DNA of 39,236 nt from Octopus bimaculoides (taxonomy: Eukaryota), in the NCBI RefSeq assembly GCF_001194135.2, contig NC_068987.1:28494499-28533734 (forward strand), in the 5' to 3' direction. Position numbers and translations under genes: made by a program. Below the pieces are notes generated by a model that saw only the letters and a program-made list of their open reading frames with translations, did no database searches and was not told the origin of the DNA. The number at the start of each line of letters is the position of its first letter. Position 1 is the first letter of the stretch. Below are positions 1-10,929 of this stretch, one piece after another.

Positions 1-67
1 CATTTGTATTTTGTCCCTTCTATGTTGATCCCTGTGTGGCTAATAAAGAAACATATATTGTGTGTGT

Positions 68-134
<67 letters not shown>
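68..134. repeat. (GATA)n tetranucleotide microsatellite
   Basis: Directly visible tandem GATA units. Confidence 0.97.
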
Positions 135-832
135 TACATACACACCTCTACCTACATACGCATATACATACATTTATACACACTTACGTTGCATACATAA
201 GTTCATATTCATGTATATAAGTACATACATGTATTTACATAATTCCACAAATAAACCTATATGCTTATAAAATGAAGAATAGTCAATATGTTATTCGGCT
301 TCACATAAGGGGTTGTATATTTCTCTAACATCTTTGTAATTTATGTATTCCATTCATCACTAAGTTTAGAGAACATAAGTTCTAGCTTATTGGCGAGTAC
401 TTCTTCTAAAGCAAGGTTGTCCTCTAAGAACACGGTATGCATGAAATGAAGGGGAGACAACTGGTAATACATTAATGATTGTAAATTATAAATATGGCAT
501 ATAATATTTAATGAACTTATCGAGTTGAAGCAAAACATCACGGTTGCCACCGTACTGCTAAAGATCACATCGTCTCCTTCTGCATTCTTCCAATCTATTT
601 GTAATTAATTTTAATTTATTTAAAGTTCTTAACTGTCTTCGTTGCCTTTCTTGATTGGAATTAATCATTAAGCTAATGGTATTTTCTCCTCATTACGGGT
701 GTAATTTTAATTTATTAAAATTCTTTTGCACGTTACATTAAGCACGTTTGCATCTGCAATACTTTAAATGTGGAGGTAAAGTTAATTATTTACAATATAC
801 TCTTGTCATTCTAAGTTGGATTGTTGTCTCAC

Positions 833-911
833 TTGCTTTTAATGTTCGATGCGAGGAATGTCAGAAAGGACCCGATTGCTGTTGCTTGTGTTGAATTTGT
901 ATAAATTTTAC
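833..911 (-). CDS. Candidate coding exon of an unidentified gene (G-KIYTNSTQATAIGSFLTFLASNIKS)
   Basis: Minus strand: acceptor cattatttttcag| before 911, 79 nt open in phase 1 to phase 2, donor CAA|gtgaga after 833. No homology recognised. Confidence 0.3.
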
Positions 912-1274
912 CTGAAAAATAATGGTGCGAGACATGATTTTATGGCTCAGCCATTCATGTTGTAACAACGTATCTTGGTGTTCAATACTAGTGCATGTCA
1001 TATTAGGTGAGTGTCTTCTTTGAAAGTTTTGAGTCGACTTCAGCTTTGTGCGAAAGTTGGTAAAGCGAAACAGTTTGGAATCCAATCGGAGGTAAAATTC
1101 TTGTTTTCAAGGAGGATGGTTTAAATTCTTACCAGTTTTAGCACCACTAACTGGTACTTTAGTAGAATCTACTCTGTTTCAAATGCTTCGGCTATGTTCC
1201 TACACAGATCATACATTTTTTGTCTTTCACCCTCACGAGACTTGGAAGTTTTGAATAATGTCAAGGAAACTTAC

Positions 1275-1365
1275 TAGTTTTCCTCTGACTAAGCTATAAT
1301 CTTCGCCCCCACTAAAACCATTGGTGGAAATATATCTTTGTCTAAAACCAATATATGGAAGCATT
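1275..1365 (-). CDS. Candidate coding exon of an unidentified gene (R-MLPYIGFRQRYISTNGFSGGEDYSLVRGKL)
   Basis: Minus strand: acceptor catttgtaattctatag|, 91 nt open in only one frame, donor CTA|gtaagt. Phase-compatible with the 20-nt exon upstream across a 131-nt GT-AG intron. Confidence 0.4.
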
Positions 1366-1496
1366 CTATAGAATTACAAATGAGGTTCAAAAGATAAAAC
1401 CATTTCTGATGCTAAGATACGCTTTCAATCACGTATTCTGAATATTCTTTGAATTTAAAACTGATCCCGACGACTCAAGAATAACAATCAACTTAC

Positions 1497-1516
1497 CTTT
1501 TGTATATTATACAAAG
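1497..1516 (-). CDS. Candidate 20-nt microexon (LCIIYK-R)
   Basis: Minus strand: long T-rich tract ending ttccttgtag|, then a consensus donor AAG|gtaagt 20 nt later. Confidence 0.35.
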
Positions 1517-1992
1517 CTACAAGGAAATATTGAAAAAAATAATAATAATAAAGCAAATAAAAAGTGAAATAAGCAAAAAAAATGAAGTTACGCATTATGC
1601 ACGAAGTAGTTCAGTCCTCTGCTCCTAATGATATTAAGTATAGAAAGACGTTATGCAATAACGAGTAAAATCTGATAGAGAGGATTGCCACCTTATGTTT
1701 GGAAAGTGGGATAAGAAAGAATAAGATGAAAGAATAAAGAAATGAAAAGTAAATATAAAGAAGAAACCGACAAATAATAACAATGTAGAAATGTGGAAAC
1801 GACGGGACAAAGAGGAAAAAGGTTATTTGTAGAATTTATTCAGAAAATATATATTATGGAATAAAAAAATAATGGAAGAATGGAGCTTTTGAAGAAGGGA
1901 TTAATCATGAAACATATCAAAGGACATTGCTGAAATTCAGGATGAAAAATTTGTAAACTAAAAAAAAAACTGGGTTGGCTTTGGATCTATAA

Positions 1993-2720
1993 ATGTATAT
2001 GCATATGTATGTATCTATGTATATATACACACATACATACATATATATATATATACACATATATGGATATATATATATATATATATATATATANNNNNNN
2101 NNNNNNNNNNNNNNNNNNNNNNNNNNNNNNNNNNNNNNNNNNNNNNNNNNNNNNNNNNNNNNNNNNNNNNNNNNNNNNNNNNNNNNNNNNNNNNNNNNNN
2201 NNNNNNNNNNNNNNNNNNNNNNNNNNNNNNNNNNNNNNNNNNNNNNNNNNNNNNNNNNNNNNNNNNNNNNNNNNNNNNNNNNNNNNNNNNNNNNNNNNNN
2301 NNNNNNNNNNNNNNNNNNNNNNNNNNNNNNNNNNNNNNNNNNNNNNNNNNNNNNNNNNNNNNNNNNNNNNNNNNNNNNNNNNNNNNNNNNNNTATATATA
2401 TATATATATATCCATACATATATTTATTTATCTCTCTCTCTATATATATATATGTGTGTGTGTGTGTGTATATACATACATATACATAAATATACATATA
2501 TAAATACATACGCACACACTTACATACATATGCATGTTTGTATCTATACATGTACGTATGAGTGTCTAGGTATGAATATACAGACATACACTCGCAATTG
2601 CACCACACACACACACATATGTGCATGTGTCTGCGTGAGTGCGCGCGTGCGTTCGAGCATGTGCATAGATATGCATACTGATATATGCATGTGAGTATGT
2701 GGTGCGTGTGTGTGTGTCTT
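1993..2720. repeat. Compound (TA)n/(TG)n/(CA)n microsatellite tract containing assembly gap 2094-2392
   Basis: Directly visible dinucleotide runs and an N-run. Confidence 0.95.
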
Positions 2721-3159
2721 CGTCTGAATATGTCTGAGTGTGTAAGATAGATATGAGGGAAGTAAGGAAGAGAGAAACACTGAGAGAAAGCCAGAAGGAA
2801 GGAACGGAACAAATCATGATAATTTCGCATATGACATAATTATGGCACAATATGATGAACAAGTATAACGGCTACACAAATCAACTGTATCAGATTCACA
2901 ACAAGAACAACAACACGAATACAACTAAGCAGATAATGAAACTATAAACAATCACAAAATTGTTCGTATGAAAAACTGAAACAATACACATCGTGCAACG
3001 TACAAGTCTAACAGAATATTGTACGTTCCTGCTTGTCTTTGTAAAAGTAAACCTAACAATTAACTGAGGAAAGTTTCTGATCAAATCAAACGCGTTGGTG
3101 TCGTTGACACAAAGAAACGCACAAACATTTAATACATGAACATCCCCACCCCCCACAGA

Positions 3160-3315
3160 GATAGAAAGATATATAGATAGATAGATAGACAGACAGACTG
3201 ATAGATAGATATATAGATACATATATAGACAAATAGATAGACACACAAACAGACAGAAAGAAAGATACATAGACAGACAGACAGATAGACATACATATAG
3301 ATAGATAGATAGATG

Positions 3316-3381
<66 letters not shown>

Positions 3382-4335
3382 CAGATAGATAGATAGACAG
3401 ACAGAAAGATAGATAGATAGACAGATAGAAAGATAGATATTTAAATAGATAGATAGACAGAGAAACTGATGGAGACAGATAGATGGACAGACAGACAGAT
3501 GGCCAGACAGANNNNNNNNNNNNNNNNNNNNNNNNNNNNNNNNNNNNNNNNNNNNNNNNNNNNNNNNNNNNNNNNNNNNNNNNNNNNNNNNNNNNNNNNN
3601 NNNNNNNNNNNNNNNNNNNNNNNNNNNNNNNNNNNNNNNNNNNNNNNNNNNNNNNNNNNNNNNNNNNNNNNNNNNNNNNNNNNNNNNNNNNNNNNNNNNN
3701 NNNNNNNNNNNNNNNNNNNNNNNNNNNNNNNNNNNNNNNNNNNNNNNNNNNNNNNNNNNNNNNNNNNNNNNNNNNNNNNNNNNNNNNNNNNNNNNNNNNN
3801 NNNNNNNNNNNNNNNNNNNNNNNNNNNNNNNNNNNNNNNNNNNNNNNNNNNNNNNNNNNNNNNNNNNNNNNNNNNNNNNNNNNNNNNNNNNNNNNNNNNN
3901 NNNNNNNNNNNNNNNNNNNNNNNNNNNNNNNNNNNNNNNNNNNNNNNNNNNNNNNNNNNNNNNNNNNNNNNNNNNNNNNNNNNNNNNNNNNNNNNNNNNN
4001 NNNNNNNNNNNNNNNNNNNNNNNNNNNNNNNNNNNNNNNNNNNNNNNNNNNNNNNNNNNNNNNNNNNNNNNNNNNNNNNNNNNNNNNNNNNNNNNNNNNN
4101 NNNNNNNNNNNNNNNNNNNNNNNNNNNNNNNNNNNNNNNNNNNNNNNNNNNNNNNNNNNNNNNNNNNNNNNNNNNNNNNNNNNNNNNNNNNNNNNNNNNN
4201 NNNNNNNNNNNNNNNNNNNNNNNGTGTGTGTACGTGTGTATATTATTACATATATGTGTTTGTGCACATCTATATCTATCTTTCTATATAACTGTCCATC
4301 TATCGATACACACTCACACAGGCACAAACACACAT

Positions 4336-4373
<38 letters not shown>

Positions 4374-4440
4374 TATGCTTGTGTCAGTTTGTGCATGTGC
4401 GTAAGTACAAATGTCCGTCTATCTATTCATCTATTTATCT
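3160..4440. repeat. (GATA/GACA)n tract, assembly gap 3512-4223, then (CA)/(TA) tract
   Basis: Directly visible. Confidence 0.95.
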
Positions 4441-4449
4441 ATCGATATT

Positions 4450-4585
4450 TTTTATTTGTTTCAAACTGCGACCACGCTGGAGCACCATCTTTTTAGTTGA
4501 GCAAATCAACCCCAGGACTTAGTATTTCTAAGCCTAATACTTATTCTATCCGTCCCTTATGTCGAACCGCTAGATTCCATGTTAG
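4450..4585 (-). mobile_element. 3' fragment of octopus-type tRNA-derived SINE (family A)
   Basis: Similar to the 3' part of the copies at 5563-5947 and 24591-24958 (ctggagcacc...gagcaaatc.acc..ag...agtacttatt...ccgaaccgcta). Confidence 0.75.
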
Positions 4586-4672
4586 CATCTCATAGCCGAT
4601 AAGTAAAATACCAGCGATTTGAAATATAGGACCATTTCTATATCTGTCTCTGGTCTTTACTGCTCTCTTTTG

Positions 4673-5042
4673 ACCTCGGCCTTTGCGAAGGCGGAGGTAT
4701 TGTTTCTGTAGTGTTTGTTTCTTTGTTTGTCCGTGGACAATATATCTCAAGAACCGCTGAATTGATTCGAATGAAACTTTCAGGGATGTTTGGCCTGATT
4801 ACTGGCACGAACTGATTAGACTTTGAGATCGATCCGGTATCGGACAAACATCTTGGATTATTTTTCCTGTTTTTTTTTTATTTAATTTTTGAGAGTAGTC
4901 GGGTTAATTCTTAGTGTTCTCGTTTGTGAGAGCAGTCGAGTTTATTTCAAGTATTCTCATTTAAAAAATCCTCTCTGGTTTCTCGTTGAGAGGACGTTGG
5001 TGTTGCCTTGGTGGAGTTTTACGCTCTCTGAGTGCTCTTGTT
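4673..5042 (+). mobile_element. Non-autonomous Helentron-associated (HINE/DINE-1-like) element
   Basis: 5' palindrome acctcggcctt-tgcg-aaggcggaggt (11-bp arms, 1 mismatch) followed by a gttt-type repeat. Degenerate 3' subterminal repeat ccttggtggagtt, 3' stem-loop cgctc-tct-gagtg, T-rich flanks on both sides. The architecture matches published HINE/DINE-1 structure. Confidence 0.55.
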
Positions 5043-5127
5043 TTCTATATAAACCTTTTTGCTTTGCAATAGTAATCGTAATTTCTCGTGTTGTTTTGTG
5101 TCGCAATGTTTTGCCCTTTTGTCCCAT

Positions 5128-5484
5128 CCCCCTTAGGTCATGAATGACCATAGTACTGCACCTAGCATGTTCCCCTCCGAGGCACGACTCTGGGAAAACT
5201 TGTTTTATGGAAGACCAGCGATCGCCCATGCATAGCAGCCTCCTCTCTCCACGCCACCGATGTTATCGAAGGGAAAGACAAAGGCTGATACTGCTTGGCA
5301 CCTGTGACGTCGTAACTCATTTCTACAGCTGAGTGAACGGGAGCAACGTGATATAAATTGTCTTGCTCAAGAACACAACACAGAGCTCTATCGGGGAATC
5401 GAACTCACTATCTCATGATTGTGAGTTCGACGCTCTAAGCACTTCTTAACCCGACGCCCTAACCACTGAGCCATGAACCTTCAC
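5128..5484 (-). mobile_element. tRNA-derived CORE-type SINE (family B), near full length
   Basis: Minus-strand head gtgaaggttcatggctcagtggttagggcg with B-box gagttcgattcc, then a CORE-like block cttgagcaagacaatttatatcacgttgctcccgttcactcagctgtagaaatgag. Homologous copy on + at 19757-20067. Confidence 0.85.
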
Positions 5485-5562
5485 GTATTTGTGTATCTTC
5501 ATATCCATGGCATTAATAGTAACATATGTCTGTAACACCCAGCTCTTTAGATGTTTTCTCTA

Positions 5563-5947
5563 GTTTATCTGTTTCAGTCATTAGACTGCGGTTATGTTAG
5601 GGCACCGCTTTGAGGAATTTTAGATGAACTAATCGAATTTGTTTTAAACCTGGTACTTATATCCCACTCTTTTACCGAACCTCTAAATTAGGGGGACGTA
5701 GACACTCTATCACCAGTAGTCAAGCGAAGGTGAGGGGAAACAGGCACAAACATACGTGCACACATAGATGTATGCATATATACGACGGACTTGTTTCAGT
5801 TTACGTCTACCAAATCCACTCACAAGGATTTAGTGGGCCTGAGAATATAGTAGAAGGCACTTGTCTAAGTTGCTACGTTCTTGAAGTGAAGCCGGAACTC
5901 TGTGGTTGCGAAGGAAAGTTCTTCTCACGTAGCCACGTCTGCACCTA
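5563..5947 (-). mobile_element. Octopus-type tRNA-derived SINE (family A), diverged full-length copy
   Basis: Collinear with 24591-24958 (gtctaccaaatccactcacaagg, gtagaag.cacttg, ggaacc/ctctgtggttg). Confidence 0.85.
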
Positions 5948-6046
5948 CGCATTATACATCAATTTTAAAAACGAGCAAGAAAATTATATTGTTAAGCAAA
6001 ACAACTTAATACTCATCGCCGTGACCAACGACGAACACACTGCACA

Positions 6047-6235
6047 TACGAGGGGCTACTGGAATTTTCCTAGTTATGGGAAATAGAAATACCAGGAGGA
6101 TTAGCTAATTATGATTTTATTCAACATAATCCCCTCCCAGATTCACACATTTATTGCAGTGGTCTTTCACTTTTTCTAAGCCCAGGCCTTTCGCAATACC
6201 CTTGAAGCCAAGAACTCTTCAGCAATGCCCTCGTA
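6047..6235. mobile_element. Mariner-type MITE with imperfect TIRs and TA ends
   Basis: Left end tacgaggggctactggaattttcctagtt versus reverse complement of right end tacgagggcattgctgaagagttcttggctt. The TA-CGAGGG termini are typical of mariner. Confidence 0.7.
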
Positions 6236-6647
6236 AATAAATCTGAAGTAAATCGTAAGTTTATCTTCAAGAATCCCTAATCAGTCGTAAAGTTGTAGTG
6301 CATGATAGGCAAGTCAATCCGGTAAAACGTGCTGCACAAATGATAGTTTGACATCGTTTCACACTGCACTGGATGGGATGGTAGAGGATTTAGATATAAC
6401 AAACCCCCAAATACAACACTATACATAGTAACCGTACCAATAATTGACCAAGACCTAAAGCACAACTCTATTTAGTGTGTGGGAAGCTATATGGTTCACC
6501 CCAATATGAAGACATTTATTGATCCTCAATATATTCAGTGTGATCAGAGCGGAAAGGTTTTTAGCGTCTTGGTGTAACCAGATACTAGTATTGGGTGATA
6601 ATTATAATCGGTTGTCCCCAACCTACACATTTATACAAAATTCATGT

Positions 6648-6737
6648 CTTCTTCTTCTTCTTCTTCTTCTTCTTCTTCTTCTTCTTCTTCTTCTTCTTCT
6701 TCTTCTTCTTCTTCTTCTTCTTCTTCTTCTTCTTCTT
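6648..6737. repeat. (CTT)n/(AAG)n trinucleotide run at the 3' end of the R4-like LINE
   Basis: About 30 perfect units visible. Confidence 0.97.
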
Positions 6738-8790
6738 TCTCCGACAAATTTCTCAAACCTAGTTGTTAGTGCTCCCAGAGCCACAGCAGCTACTGGGTTG
6801 ACAGTCACTTCATCGCTGAAACTCGTCTTTTAGTGGCTTGTACTACTAAATTTTTTCAGTTCTTTATCATCCACTCGTATATCCCTAGGTATGGCAATAT
6901 CTACGATATTGGTTTCCTTCATTATTTTATCAACTGCTCTCCGAACATCAATCGCTGAATCACACTGGACTGTAAAATCCCAAAAGATCTTATACTCATT
7001 ATTCTCGGTGATACCTTCTGGTTTATATTCGTACTATTTCAATGTCCTTTGAAGGCCGTGTTTTTCGTACAATCTCCAATCAATATACATAGCTACTTTA
7101 TCATTCCTCTTTTTGCATTCCTTGTGAATCAGTTTGCTACACTCACTAGCAATATGTGAGAGTGTTTTATTTTCTTTGGCATACAATCTACAACGGCGCG
7201 ATTCACTACTCTTATCTATTTGCAACTTGGTGTAATTAGTTCTCAGAGCTTGTTCCTGAGTGCTGCATATCAGTGCCTTATTAAATCAATTCAGATCGTT
7301 TTTCCATAGCCACCTCCGAGTGTTGGTCTTGTCTTTCCGTTCCATTTCCCTGAGGCATTGCCCATGCATCGATTTCATTTTCCAGTTGTTCAAACTTTGT
7401 TTTCCATCATGTTTCTTAAATGTGTTTTGTGTTTGTCGCATTTTCACTGGTATCATGATGCTTGATTTCGGTAGCGGTTAAATTGCTCTTCCTGTCGAAC
7501 CACAAACCGTGATCAAGCATGATATAGCTTTTTTTATCGCTTCTTCTTTTAAGCTCCTCCCATGATGTTCATATCTGTCCTTACATTGAATGCATGACTT
7601 AACAAATAATTCATTCTCAACTCAGTGAATAGATTCCTTTTTACACTTAACTGTTCCCAGCTCAATGTCTACTCTTAAATACTATACCTTGTCACAGCGC
7701 AAACACCCTCAGTAATAAGTGGCAGCGTCTTAACATTGTTAATTTTGAATTTTTGCTCTTGCATTTGAGATTTTCGTACACAAGTTAGTAAAATATTTTT
7801 CTTTCTCTTTTTCTTCCACTTAATTGTCGTATCAAATTAAACTGTCATTTTATTTGCAAGAATACTTTTTATTATCAATGACTACAAAATCCGGTTTGTC
7901 TATTATTTTCATTTGGGTTTGTGTAAGGAAGTCCCATTTTCAAAGACCTTCAAGTCTGTTACTACAAAATGGCCATAATTATTTTCTGTGCACACAACCC
8001 AGATCTCTTACAAAGTATCCAGTGAAGTATTATATCCATTTGGAGCTTTGGAATCAATTATGAATATGCCGATGCAATTTGAGTAACATTGTCATCTCTT
8101 TGATAGTATATACCACATTTGGCTGAATTTTCTTGCATATCTTTGGGCTTTTATTAACCCATCTTCCAAAGAACATCTGTCCCTTCAAAACAGAATCTTA
8201 GAATTTTTCTCCATTACTCATTACACCAGTTTCCTCTTTTTCTTTTCCAATATAAATGGTTTATTTCTGTTCCGGGGTGCATGTTTCTATGCATTCTGAG
8301 CTGCTTTTTCATCTTGCCGTTGATAACTTTTAGTCCATACTTCCTCTGTGCAATAATTCTAAACCTTACCAAGCCATGAATTCACAGCCCAAAACCAAGT
8401 TGCTTCATACAGTTTGAATTTTAAAATCTTAATTCGACATATATATTTTTTTTACTGAAGACTTCCTTCATTTCTGTATTTTATTTATTTACTTATTATT
8501 ATTTTGGTACTTTTCATTAGTTTAAGATGGTTATATGCCCCCTCTGCATGTAAGAATTTCCTATGTTAAACATCAAGTAGATCATTTTCAGTACATTTTT
8601 CAGTATTTACTTGATTACCCTACATTATAGCACATTTCTTGATACCTAACGTCATCCCGATGCTACTGCTAAACGTTCGTACGGTATTTCATTTATTTTT
8701 AACATTGTTATTGTTCTTTTTTTACCACGAAGAGGAGGTCGTTCACTTTTCGTTTATTCTCTCTCGATGAACTTCATAACTTGTAGTTGA
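6738..8790 (-). mobile_element. R4/Dong-type non-LTR retrotransposon, 3' part (RT C-terminal half, degenerate CCHC, RLE nuclease); pseudogenised
   Basis: Manual translation across frameshifts gives KVNDLLFV..NTVRTFSSSIGMTLGIKKCA (RT), CRLYAKENKTLSHIASECSKL..KRNDKVAMYIDWRL (Zn knuckle/RHD), KIFWDF, IVDIAIP and VALGAL (restriction-like endonuclease). Confidence 0.88.
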
Positions 8791-8799
8791 AGCAAGTGC

Positions 8800-10180
8800 G
8801 AGTGAGAGCATATAAATGGAAATGAAACTTAATATTGGCAGCTTTGAGGACGATCTACTTGAGATTTTTGTGAAACTGAAGCAGAAACATCAGTTTTTTT
8901 TTGTCTTTTTTCTTAGTTTTAGTAGAGTGAAGTAAGCAAAAACCTTACAATCAATTAATTTCAGGTCAATGCATTGAATCAAGGTTAATTAAAGTTTATT
9001 AAAGAAAACAGTGAAATTGATTAGATTGCCTGAAAAAAATGGATATATTTCATATTAGTAGCTAACAAAGTAATTAAATGGATATTCAGAAAAAGTAAAG
9101 GATAAAAGAAAGATCAGCAAGTACGTTGATGGAAAAGACAATTCTTAAAGCAGTTAAGTAGCCTTAGAAAAGTTATATGTAAGTTGGACCAGTCAATAGA
9201 AGAAAGAAGTGCAAGGTAAATTAGAGTAAACGTATCACATAAACAAAAGGAATTAATGACAGCTATTGAAAAGCGAAAGTAGAAAAAGAAAACGCTACAA
9301 AAATAGCACGAAGAACGAAATAACCTTTTAAGCAAAATCACTTTACTGAAACAAATCACAAAGGTTTACTTGAGATTCGTAAGGAAAACGAATGTAACAA
9401 CAATACAAAAAACCTGCAGAAGAAAACTAGCTGTTTGGTGGGTGGGGGAGAAAATTTAGGAGAAAAATGTCAGGCACAATGATAAATACATTGGATAAAG
9501 CAAGTGGGAAATGATTTTATTGAAAATGATGAGGCACAGAATGAATTTTCCACGACGAGAAGGAAGATTCGAAAGCAGTTGAAAAGAGCTGGAAAGTGGA
9601 AAGTATTTGGATCAGATATGCATGGCTATTAGTTGAGATAATTTACACATCTGCATGAAACCAGTTATGCAACTAAATGGGCACTTTCAGAGAGATGAAT
9701 CACTATTGTAAGCTAAAGGAAGAATCTGCCTGCTATTGAAAAACAAATTGAAAAGGAACTCAGTCACAAAGTGCCGCGGAATTATATGTTTAGAAAATAT
9801 GTGGAAATTCATAACAGGACTTCTTGCAGAAGACACATACCAAAATCTATACCGAAAATGTTTAATTTCCTATAAACAGAACGGCTATCGAAAACGAATG
9901 AAGGGGAGCTAAAACCAATTAAAGAACGACGAAATATTCCTTAATTGGTAGAGTTACTAATGACGAAGGACACATTTGCGCATGGCGTGTATAATTTAAG
10001 GTCATGTACCCTAGTTCTGTAGTCGCGAATCATGCGGTTTCTAGAATTTTGAAAGAAAAGGACAAATCTACATATCTAAGATATTGGAAATGTATAGATA
10101 AGAAGTAAAGCGCGAAGATTAGTAGATATATAGGTTATAAGAAGCTTTCAAAAGGGCAGCTGCTCCCCTAACATATTTTC
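8800..10180 (+). mobile_element. R4/Dong-type LINE, 5' part (pre-RT region to RT motif 4), opposite orientation
   Basis: Translation gives WKRQFLKQLSSLRK, QLKRAGKWK..GSDMHGY..FTHLHE, KGRICLLLK..IICLENMWKFITGLLAE, KQNGYRKRMKG, RRTHLRMA and RSFQKGSCSPNIF (resembles RGIFQGDSLSPLLF) at roughly the expected spacing. Confidence 0.8.
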
Positions 10181-10550
10181 AGATGACAATGGGGACAACC
10201 TTTATGTTCGACTCTCGTAGATGCCACATCTTCGCGATCTCAATTCTCAGGTCTCCATAATTATCAACCTTTTCTCTTTCTTTCACCATGATATGCTTAT
10301 TTCCTGGCTCTGCAACGTCAATTATTAGGCACTCTAGTTTGTCCCTCTTAAAAGTTACTATATCCGGACTTCAATGCTCTAATACTTTGTTTGTCTGTAA
10401 CTCAAAGTCCTAGAGGATTTTTGCCTACCCCTTTTTGTCCATTATCTTTTCTGGTATATGTTGGTATCAGGCACGAGTAACCTCATATCTATACTTACAG
10501 CATAGTAGCCAATGAAGGTTTTCGAGTATTTGTCGGGTTTACGCTTGTAC
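10180..10550 (-). mobile_element. Second R4/Dong-type LINE fragment, RLE domain only
   Basis: YKR..LHWLLCCKY..YQHIPEK..KIL*DFELQTNKVLEH*SPDIV..CLIIDVAEPGN..EKVDNYGDLRIEIAKMWHL..KVVPIVI. Its 5' end abuts a short (AAT/AAC)n run at 10551-10570. Confidence 0.85.
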
Positions 10551-10571
10551 TATTATTATTGTTGTTGTCGT

Positions 10572-10660
10572 CAGGCCGGCAAGGTGGTAGAATCATTTGC
10601 ACGTCGTGGAAAATCCGGAAATCTTTCGTCTCACATCTGAATCTCTTCAGCAACACTTTT
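10572..10660 (+). mobile_element. Degraded head of a third tRNA-derived SINE type
   Basis: aggccggcaaggtggtagaatcatttgcacgtcgtggaaaat resembles a tRNA-like A-box head; strongly diverged. Confidence 0.35.
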
Positions 10661-10929
10661 CATTTCCGTGTCTGTACCTGCTACACTTACTCTATTCTGA
10701 AAAAGAAAAGGTCCATCCCGAAGTACAACAATATCGGTTTCAACACACAATTTCACATCAGGAATCTTGCAAAACAAATTGATAACCGTATTATTTTTTG
10801 TTTATATTAGAATTTTCTTCGACAATGTTTTTCCACTTTTTCTTCTCTTTCTTTGTTTTTATGTGTTTTAGTTCTAATATAAAATAACATAAACACTTGT
10901 TCCAAGATACATTAAAATTTACATCGAAA

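Noticed and set aside
1-56. Possible LINE 3' end with AATAAA before the GATA run
   Set aside because: Truncated by the window edge and too short to assign.
1987-4496. Long ORFs (up to 421 aa) in the ORF track
   Set aside because: They consist of N-runs and TA/CA/GATA microsatellites translated as YI/HT/LSIY repeats.
6519-6833. Poly-Leu and poly-Arg ORFs
   Set aside because: They are translations of the (CTT)n run.
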